This document shows, piece after piece, positions 58,042 through 64,000 of a DNA stretch of 64,000 bases (position 1 is the first letter of the stretch; the number at the start of each line of letters is the position of its first letter). The notes under the pieces are model-generated. The model had not been told where the DNA came from, made no database searches, and saw only the letters and a list, made by a program, of their open reading frames with translations. The stretch comes from Bacillota bacterium (GTDB lineage Bacteria; Macinerneyibacteriota; Macinerneyibacteria; Macinerneyibacteriales; DSCS01), in assembly GCA_011048995.1 (NCBI GenBank), contig DSCS01000057.1:2541-66540 (forward strand), read 5' to 3'. The translations under genes and the position numbers were made by a program.

Positions 58042-58932
58042 TCAAGAGCAGGGTTCTTTGCCGTCGCATGAAGAGCATGGTTCATCTTCTAATTCGAATT
58101 CAACGGTAGGATGTGATATGTCAAAACGCTTCAAAAGACTGCGCAGCTCTTCTTTGATCTTATGTGACTGGCTAAGGGGCAGATCTTTTCGTAATACGAT
58201 ATGACAGGAAAATATATGATGATTGCCGTCTACAGACCAAAGATGAATATCATGGGCTTCTACAATATCCTGAATCCCCTCTATTTCTTCTTTGACTTTG
58301 TGAATGTCCACACCACCCGGAGAATACTGGAGAAAGATCCTTACCGCTTCCTTAATATTAGGTATGATTTTAGATATGATAAAAACGGAGATCACCACAG
58401 ACAGAATAGGATCCAGAACAGGCAAATAAGTTATTTTCATAACAAGGCTGACGATCAAAACAGCAACCCAGCCAATGGCATCTTCCAAAAGATGAAGCAT
58501 CACTACCCGCTCATTCAGTTTCCGCCCCCCTTTTAATCTCAAAACAGCCAACCCATTGACAGCAACGCCTAGTACAGCCATAAAGATCATTCCATCGACA
58601 TGAACATCTTCCGGGTGAATGATACGGGGAACGGCCCGGGTTAAAACAAAAACAGAGCCCCCCAGGAGTATCACAGAACTGATAAAGGCTCCTACAAGGG
58701 AAAAGCGTTTATACCCGTAAGTCAACGTTTCCGTTCGGGGTTTATGGGACAGCTTTTCAAAATACCAGGAAAGAGCCAATGTTACAGAATCACCCAGATC
58801 ATGAACAGCATCCGAAAGGATGGCGACACTGTTGGTTAAAAGGCCTCCGATGATTTCCACAACGGTAAAACCAAGATTGAGAAAAAAAGCTACAGAAATG
58901 TTTGATGCAGTATGATGATGGTGATGTGCCAA
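58042..58932 (-). CDS. Cation diffusion facilitator (CzcD-like) divalent-cation efflux transporter.
   Basis: Six TM helices and a C-terminal cytoplasmic domain are present. The N-terminus reads AHHHHH after a TTG start preceded by AAGGGG. Confidence 0.85.
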   Translation of the reverse strand: MAHHHHHTASNISVAFFLNLGFTVVEIIGGLLTNSVAILSDAVHDLGDSVTLALSWYFEKLSHKPRTETLTYGYKRFSLVGAFISSVILLGGSVFVLTRAVPRIIHPEDVHVDGMIFMAVLGVAVNGLAVLRLKGGRKLNERVVMLHLLEDAIGWVAVLIVSLVMKITYLPVLDPILSVVISVFIISKIIPNIKEAVRIFLQYSPGGVDIHKVKEEIEGIQDIVEAHDIHLWSVDGNHHIFSCHIVLRKDLPLSQSHKIKEELRSLLKRFDISHPTVEFELEDEPCSSCDGKEPCS

Positions 58933-58951
58933 AATGACCCCTTTTTTGCTG

Positions 58952-58979
58952 AGTATAATATAAAATGAAAAGGAGTCAA
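58952..58979 (-). promoter_or_regulatory. Candidate promoter of the CDF gene, overlapping the NhaP 3' end.
   Basis: On the minus strand, TTGACT (plus 58974-58979) is followed by a 16-nt spacer and TATACT (plus 58952-58957). Confidence 0.35.
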
Positions 58980-60211
58980 AAGATATCTTTCTCGTTGCCC
59001 TCCCTATGTTCTGAAGGGGTAAGAAGCCGATGGGCGGATGCCCTTATCAAAAAGGAGCCCAAAGGGGCTGTTATAACAATAGAAAGAACAGAAAGGGCGA
59101 GAATAACTTCACCCGAAGGCAATCCCAGTGCCAAGGGGACAGCTCCCACAGCCGCTTGTACAGTCGCTTTGGGAATAAAAGCAAACACACAAAAGAGTTT
59201 CTCTTTCTTGTTAAAAGCCGTTTCAGCCGTCGATAAAAGAACACCTGCAGAGCGAGCCAGAAGACCTGCGCCGATGAGCATCATTCCCTTTAATCCTGTC
59301 TGAAAAGCGACTGAAATATCGACTTGAGCGCCAACCAGGACAAAGAGCAAGACCTCAGCAAATATCCATATCTTATCAAGCTTACGAGCCATCCTTTTGG
59401 CGATATCCGGTTTCTTCTCCAATATCAGAAACCCTATCGTCATCACCCCCAATAATCCGGCAATCTGAATAGTGTTCTCTAAAGCACGCTCCAAAGTCGT
59501 TAAAAACATCGCTACCCCGAGAATGATCAAAACCTTTTTCGTGTCCCTGATATTATGTTTATTAAACATTTTGATCATCAGATTCCCCAAAATAGCACCA
59601 CAAATGATTCCCAGGATAATGGAAAGCGGAATACTCATGATCTGAACTCCGATATTCATATGACGCCCGCTATATAAACCTAAAAATGTACTGAACATTG
59701 TAACAGCAAACACATCGTCAATAGAGGCCCCGGCCAAAATGAGAGTCGGAATATCTTTATCTGTTCCGATTCCTTTCTCCAAATAGGAGAGCATCTTCGG
59801 AACAACCACCGCCGGGGATACAGCAGCAATAATAAAACCTAAAACCCCTCCCTCAATAAAAGAAAAGCCTAAAAGAAAGCGAGCGGCCACAGCAATACAA
59901 AAACCCTCCAACAGCCCGGGAAGAAAGCTTATCTTGAGAACTATCCTACCGACTCTGTTTAAAGACCGTTTGCTTATCCCCAAACCGGCCCGCAGGAGTA
60001 TAATAATAAGAGCGATCGTCCGTAAGTCCGATGAAACGCGCATAATATTCTCATCTATAACGTTTAAAATATTCGGGCCCATGAGAATACCCAAAAGAAG
60101 CATTCCCAACAATCCGGGTAATTTCATTCTTTTAAATAAAAAATCAAAGAAAAGCCCCAGAAGAGTAATCGCAGACAAAGCCGCTACCACGAGAAGACCT
60201 CCGGAATGCAT
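58976..60211 (-). CDS. Monovalent cation:proton antiporter (CPA1/NhaP-type).
   Basis: 411 aa with about 12 TM helices and Na_H exchanger family blocks. Confidence 0.8.
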   Translation of the reverse strand: MHSGGLLVVAALSAITLLGLFFDFLFKRMKLPGLLGMLLLGILMGPNILNVIDENIMRVSSDLRTIALIIILLRAGLGISKRSLNRVGRIVLKISFLPGLLEGFCIAVAARFLLGFSFIEGGVLGFIIAAVSPAVVVPKMLSYLEKGIGTDKDIPTLILAGASIDDVFAVTMFSTFLGLYSGRHMNIGVQIMSIPLSIILGIICGAILGNLMIKMFNKHNIRDTKKVLIILGVAMFLTTLERALENTIQIAGLLGVMTIGFLILEKKPDIAKRMARKLDKIWIFAEVLLFVLVGAQVDISVAFQTGLKGMMLIGAGLLARSAGVLLSTAETAFNKKEKLFCVFAFIPKATVQAAVGAVPLALGLPSGEVILALSVLSIVITAPLGSFLIRASAHRLLTPSEHREGNEKDIF

Positions 60212-60406
60212 CTGAAGAAAAGAGAAAAGAGAAACACTGTCGAAGCCATGGCTACCTCCGCAAATCTATTGCAGGAGTCATCAGCTTTTCAAGCGGTTAC
60301 ATGGTGAACTCCATCACCGAATGTCAAAGGGGAAAATGAGGTGGAACAGCGTCCCCGGTGACAAACCTAAATTACAAAACGATCTATTTTTTGCTATGCA
60401 ACAAAA

Positions 60407-60592
60407 TCAGATTTTTTTAACATTAACAGCGCAGGGGCCCTTGCGGCCTTCCCCTACTTCGAACTCGACAGTGTCGCCCTCATCAATGAAGCCGCTCACG
60501 TCGTTTTTATGGACGAACAGGTCATTTCCGTCCTCTTTTTGAATGAAACCAAAGCCTTTAGTCGCGTTGAACCATTTAACAGTACCTTTCAT
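60407..60592 (-). CDS. cspA: Cold-shock protein CspA family.
   Basis: [17 protein letters not shown] reads as the RNP1 motif, and VFVHF-like as RNP2. The start is trimmed to the conserved MKG. Confidence 0.9.
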   Translation of the reverse strand: MKGTVKWFNATKGFGFIQKEDGNDLFVHKNDVSGFIDEGDTVEFEVGEGRKGPCAVNVKKI

Positions 60593-60663
60593 GTAGTAAC
60601 CTTTCACAACCGGACTCGTATATTACGCCGGTCTTTTTATTGAGAACACCGTTCCACTCGCTA

Positions 60664-60691
60664 ACAATACACCCTTTTCTGTCATTGTCAA
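60664..60691 (-). promoter_or_regulatory. Candidate csp promoter with a 5'UTR of about 65 nt.
   Basis: On the minus strand, TTGACA (plus 60686-60691) is followed by a 16-nt spacer and TATTGT (plus 60664-60669). The long leader is typical of csp genes. Confidence 0.4.
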
Positions 60692-60774
60692 GGATATTTG
60701 TATTTTATTAGCATAAAATTTAAATCGGCCGGGGCCGCAAAAATAAGCGAAGGATCAACAAGGGAGTCAAATAA

Positions 60775-61011
60775 TCAGGAAAGGATATCGATCTGAGCGA
60801 TATAGTCAGCCTTAATGATCTTTTCCTTTCCTTTTGAATCTTTGAGAAGAATCCAGTTCTCGTCAGTTTGCTCCACAGTACTTTTCTGCACCCCTTGCGA
60901 TGAATCAATGCAACGTATTTTGACCCTCTTTCCCAAAAGGTTTTGAATCATTTTCATGTCAAGAGCCCACCCTTTCATTTTCATCTTATTTAAAATATAC
61001 AAAAGCCTCAT
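60775..61011 (-). CDS. Hypothetical small protein, 59-78 aa, possibly with an Sm/KOW-like beta fold.
   Basis: This is a stand-alone ORF. The start is ambiguous between ATG codons at 61011, 60984 and 60954. The core reads LLGKRVKIRCIDSSQGV...WILLKDSKGKEKIIKADYIAQIDIL. Confidence 0.4.
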   Translation of the reverse strand: MRLLYILNKMKMKGWALDMKMIQNLLGKRVKIRCIDSSQGVQKSTVEQTDENWILLKDSKGKEKIIKADYIAQIDILS

Positions 61012-61017
61012 ATGCGC

Positions 61018-61077
61018 TCATCTTTTCTGAATAGCAATAATCAAGGCGACAAATGCTCCAATAATACCGGGATTCAT
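61018..61077 (-). CDS. Candidate 19-aa hydrophobic micro-protein or leader peptide.
   Basis: Hand translation reads MNPGIIGAFVALIIAIQKR, with AAGGAAG 3 nt upstream. The TGA stop lies 6 nt before the next ATG. It sits directly downstream of a near-consensus promoter. Confidence 0.3.
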   Translation of the reverse strand: MNPGIIGAFVALIIAIQKR

Positions 61078-61102
61078 ATTCTTCCTTTATATCTTGCCTT
61101 CT

Positions 61103-61130
61103 ATTATAACGTTATTGTATTTTATGTCAA
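61103..61130 (-). promoter_or_regulatory. Near-consensus sigma70 promoter.
   Basis: On the minus strand, TTGACA (plus 61125-61130) is followed by a 16-nt spacer and TATAAT (plus 61103-61108). Confidence 0.45.
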
Positions 61131-61147
61131 GGAATCATGGCACTTTT

Positions 61148-62479
61148 TTAATCATAAATCGAATAGAGTAAAAGCCCTTTATATTCTTCAGAGTCCTCTT
61201 CAACCCCACCGAACAGGAAAAGTTCATCGGCATCCGGTATGAGCAGCTGCAGGGTAAAGATGTCGTCCGGGCCGCGGTTTAAATGAAACTGTTTCTCTCC
61301 TGCCACAAGAAGAGCTTTTTCAAAGCCGGGCAATTGAAACTTAAAATCAAACATCTCCCCCTTGCTCAAAGGGTTCAGAGAAGAGAGGATGCGTCCCCCT
61401 TTTTGAATAAAATCAGCATAGACAAGGGGATAAACATAAAAAACACCCTCCGGAGCAAACACCGCGATTTCCCCGATGAGTTCCAGCGGCCTGTCATCGG
61501 GGCTGTCTGATGCAAAAAACAAAAGCGTATAGTCCCCGGCCTGCGGGAACAGGAATGAGAGCCGAAGGGTCTTTCCGCTTTTATCCGCCCAGATATGCCG
61601 CTCCGAAAGACGTTTTTCTCCGATGCGGATCTGCGCGAAAAGGCGCAGCTCTTTTGCGGGAAAAAAATCCACAGCAAAAGGATGGGGGAGATTCTCTCCC
61701 TGACTCATCCCTTCCAGGGCCGATGAAGAAAAAAAAGAAAAATAGGGCCCGATGAGTAAGGGCTGTTTAAAAAACTCAGCCTTTGTCAAAGGGATTGAAA
61801 GCAGCTGCCAACGGGGATTATCCGGAAAATGAGTAAAGATAAGCTCTTCAGGAGGTTTGAAAAGAAAAGTCGTGGCATAGCGCGACTGATAACTGTCACC
61901 TGTTAAAAAGCCGGCATCCCAGGTGGTGTCAACAAAATACCATTCCCCTCCGACTTTGACAGCATTCCATGCATGGGAAAGGGTTGTTTGAGACTTTTTC
62001 TGAAGCGGAAGTCGTACTTCTCCACGGATAATCTCGCATTCGAATCCGGCGGCCCGGGCCAGTGCCCTGAACAACCGGGCATATCCCTCACAAACTCCTT
62101 TTTTATTCTTTAGGACCGCATCGATTTCCTGTGAAGGAATCCCCCCGGAAGAAAGAGCTTGTGTATCATAGGATATATTCAAAACGACCCAGTCATGTAG
62201 AATCTTTATCTGCAAAAATTCATCTTCAACCTCTCCGATAACAAGACGAGACCATTCTCCTAAAGGATCCTCCTGCCCGTCCCCTCTCAAGTCTAATGAA
62301 GGGGCTGCAGCGCGGACAGCAGCGGGATGAGGGCGTTCCCTTTCTTTTTCAGGGATAAACCCGTCCTGAGCACGGCTAAGGCCTTTTTCTAAGAGTAAAA
62401 AGAAAAAAACAAAAAAAATGATTGCCCTGAAAAAAAACCGCCTCACACTCCCCATCCTTTTATTGATAAGAATACTCAA
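61148..62479 (-). CDS. Secreted transglutaminase-like (papain-fold) domain protein.
   Basis: A signal peptide is present. The Cys-His-Asp triad is read in GVCEGYARLF, LSHAWNAV and FVDTTWD. Confidence 0.75.
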   Translation of the reverse strand: MSILINKRMGSVRRFFFRAIIFFVFFFLLLEKGLSRAQDGFIPEKERERPHPAAVRAAAPSLDLRGDGQEDPLGEWSRLVIGEVEDEFLQIKILHDWVVLNISYDTQALSSGGIPSQEIDAVLKNKKGVCEGYARLFRALARAAGFECEIIRGEVRLPLQKKSQTTLSHAWNAVKVGGEWYFVDTTWDAGFLTGDSYQSRYATTFLFKPPEELIFTHFPDNPRWQLLSIPLTKAEFFKQPLLIGPYFSFFSSSALEGMSQGENLPHPFAVDFFPAKELRLFAQIRIGEKRLSERHIWADKSGKTLRLSFLFPQAGDYTLLFFASDSPDDRPLELIGEIAVFAPEGVFYVYPLVYADFIQKGGRILSSLNPLSKGEMFDFKFQLPGFEKALLVAGEKQFHLNRGPDDIFTLQLLIPDADELFLFGGVEEDSEEYKGLLLYSIYD

Positions 62480-62663
62480 TCACGGAAAAATTCCCTGAAA
62501 GAAGTGTAATCTCAAAATAAGAGTCCATTTCCAGGCTTTTCCATGAATCCCATGAAAAGGGGCAAGCCACTGTCGCGCCTGTAAAAGAGACATCGCTGTC
62601 CTTTCCGCATCCGGGCAAAACTAACAGAAAAGCGATAATGGCGTAAACACCTTTTTTTCGCAT
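62460..62663 (-). CDS. Small lipoprotein, 67 aa.
   Basis: The lipobox reads LVLPGCG, with AAGGAAGGGGGG upstream. The 3' end overlaps the transglutaminase start by 20 nt. Confidence 0.45.
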   Translation of the reverse strand: MRKKGVYAIIAFLLVLPGCGKDSDVSFTGATVACPFSWDSWKSLEMDSYFEITLLSGNFSVIEYSYQ

Positions 62664-62740
62664 ATTACCCCCCTTCCTTTATTGCATCCCAGGATTTCTG
62701 TGATCAAAGAATAATCGTTGAATGACAGTGATCAATGGGC

Positions 62741-63619
62741 TCAATAGATCCTTTCTCTCAAAACCCCTGAAGAAGTATAGGAGTCAATAACCGGGGGAAC
62801 CTGAAGAAGGGGGTTCTCATAAAGAGAGTAGATCTCCTCTTTTTCCTCCATAACAGCTTTTGCCGCTTTGTCCAAAAGGGCATAATCCGAAGGGCTCATC
62901 TCCGGCTCTGATTGAGATGAAAGACCCCATCCATCCCAGGGAAGAAGCTCCATTTTGTTCAATGCGGCAAGATCCCTCAGGAGATTCCCCCGTATAAACC
63001 ACAACCCCCGCATATCAAATATCCCAAAATCCATGGGATCTGCCTTTCCGCTGCGGCAAAGATGCCAGGCTTCTGCAGCATTTATAAATTTCCCCGAGGG
63101 GATATCAAGAGGATTGAAAGAGAGAGCAAGTCTCTCTTTCATCAGATCATCGATCTGAGGATCCGCCATGACCCAACGCTCTTTGGCATCATCCCAGTAC
63201 TCCACAACCCAGTGATCTTCAAATTTTCCCGGGAGAAAATACGTCCCGAATCCGCATCGCGCCACAGCAGCGATGCCCTGATGCCGTAAAAGAGAGACAA
63301 GCATCACGCTGAAGTCCCGGCAATTTCCGAAAAATCTTTTTTTCAACGGGCGTTTCTCCGTTAAGGGCCGGTTGTCCAGATTATGAATGATCTCCAAAAT
63401 TTTTTCAACGAACCGTACCTGTACATGCTCTTTTTGCTTTGTATCAGGACGGACTCCGTAGCGCTCTGCCCAATGTATATGAAGAAATAAACCCTGGATC
63501 AGGGAGATAAGATCGGGACAACTCTCCGGGAGTCCGGAAAAAAGCGCTGCATTATTTCCCGGATCCGTGATAACACCATGCGTCGAATAGAATTTCAAAA
63601 TATCACGCATGCTCTTCAT
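62741..63619 (-). CDS. Cytoplasmic transglutaminase-like domain protein.
   Basis: The Cys-His-Asp triad is read in FGNCRDFSVML, EDHWVVEYW and MADPQIDD. No signal peptide is present. Confidence 0.7.
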   Translation of the reverse strand: MKSMRDILKFYSTHGVITDPGNNAALFSGLPESCPDLISLIQGLFLHIHWAERYGVRPDTKQKEHVQVRFVEKILEIIHNLDNRPLTEKRPLKKRFFGNCRDFSVMLVSLLRHQGIAAVARCGFGTYFLPGKFEDHWVVEYWDDAKERWVMADPQIDDLMKERLALSFNPLDIPSGKFINAAEAWHLCRSGKADPMDFGIFDMRGLWFIRGNLLRDLAALNKMELLPWDGWGLSSQSEPEMSPSDYALLDKAAKAVMEEKEEIYSLYENPLLQVPPVIDSYTSSGVLRERIY

Positions 63620-64000
63620 CCCTCCTCCTTTCCTTTACAGTAACGCACAGTGCTTTCAAAAAGCTGAACGGTGTGACAACAACTCTCTGCTTCCCTTTGG
63701 CGACGTATTTCGACCAGATTCAAAACGTCATATCCGGTCTTTTTTAAAAATTGAAGCATAGCAGTGTTGTCCGGATGAACCCAAAAGTAAACCGTCTCCT
63801 GGCCATAATTATCCGCCAGAGCTTCCCCGATGACAAGAAACTGCCGCCCTACCCCTTGTCTTCGATACTCAGGCCGCACGTAAAGCTGCTCGACCCAAAC
63901 TGTATTGTCATGAATCTTAAATACGGCATATCCGGCCAACTCATCCTCTTCAGCTACATATAGTGTAAAAGGGCTGCGATTGAAGTAATCAAGTTCCTGC
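63616..64000 (-). CDS. GNAT-family N-acetyltransferase; the N-terminus lies beyond the right window edge.
   Basis: Motif A reads LYVRPEYRRQGVGRQFL. The frame is open to base 64000 by hand translation. The track's M is really a TTG. There is an ATGA overlap with the downstream transglutaminase gene. Confidence 0.65.
   Translation of the reverse strand, partial: QELDYFNRSPFTLYVAEEDELAGYAVFKIHDNTVWVEQLYVRPEYRRQGVGRQFLVIGEALADNYGQETVYFWVHPDNTAMLQFLKKTGYDVLNLVEIRRQREAESCCHTVQLFESTVRYCKGKEEG

Noticed and set aside
58903-58932. MAHHHHH as an engineered His-tag or vector contamination.
   Set aside because: There is no ATG. It has a native TTG start with an AAGGGG RBS and a native promoter, and His-rich N-termini are common in CDF transporters.
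60340-60406. An intrinsic terminator after cspA.
   Set aside because: Only 4-bp stems could be found, so there is no convincing hairpin.
62697-62736. Two GTGATCAA direct repeats about 30 bp apart upstream of the lipoprotein/transglutaminase genes.
   Set aside because: The repeats are short and imperfect, and there is no convincing -10 or -35 context. This could be chance.
1-64000. CRISPR arrays, IS elements, integrases and phage genes.
   Set aside because: There are no regularly spaced direct repeats, no transposase or integrase motifs, and no GC-skew break. The window looks like core chromosome.

Overview
The window is a 64 kb stretch of densely packed bacterial core chromosome, about 48% GC, with short intergenic gaps and many 1-40 nt gene overlaps. 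I found no rRNA, tRNA, CRISPR array, transposase, integrase or phage genes. The feature list gives about 60 protein genes, about 40 assigned to recognisable families and about 20 hypothetical or only domain-level calls, plus several promoters, terminators and operators read directly from the sequence.

Main contents, left to right:
- Bases 1 to 14058 carry one minus-strand run of 16 tightly coupled genes. In transcription order these are a TPR protein, prfB with no programmed frameshift, mntP, a secreted propeller protein, tsaE, tsaB, rimI, two hypothetical proteins, an AMMECR1 homolog, an unassigned 738-aa protein with four CxxC pairs, an RsbU/RsbW/RsbV-type partner-switching triad with no sigma factor nearby, an acyl-CoA ligase, and the 5' part of mfd. 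The mfd gene runs off the window edge and is absent from the supplied ORF track.
- A second minus-strand operon, running from 23009 down to 14885, encodes a hidden 47-aa CxxC membrane peptide, a NapH-like polyferredoxin, a 1143-aa TPR protein, an SNF2 helicase, and a Memo-like protein (AmmeMemoRadiSam protein B). The Memo-like gene is separated from the AMMECR1 gene, and no radical SAM partner is present.
- Further right lie folP, a GH13 sugar phosphorylase, sfsA, an aldo/keto reductase and a PpiC-type prolyl isomerase.
- A zur-znuABC operon follows, preceded by a Fur-family palindrome; after it come a nitrilase-family hydrolase, a GAF/HD-GYP phosphodiesterase, an M50 protease, a lytic transglycosylase and patB.
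- A pit-accessory/PiT/trmB/ppnP operon, glsA, a photolyase, two nitroreductases and a 1444-aa multi-PAS hybrid histidine kinase come next.
- The right end carries MscS, CDF and NhaP transporters with cspA, and finally two transglutaminase-like genes with a small lipoprotein and a partial GNAT gene that runs off the window edge.

The most interesting items:
- The AMMECR1 / 738-aa Zn-ribbon protein / sigma-less partner-switching / acyl-CoA ligase block.
- The CxxC-peptide / polyferredoxin / TPR / SNF2 / Memo operon.
- An atypical LytTR regulator whose receiver domain lacks the phospho-acceptor Asp.
- A 19-aa hydrophobic micro-ORF under a near-consensus promoter.
- A promoter with tandem direct repeats and a perfect inverted repeat ahead of a membrane-protein/wHTH pair.

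Every functional call is a family-level inference from motifs I could read in the translations. I ran no database search.
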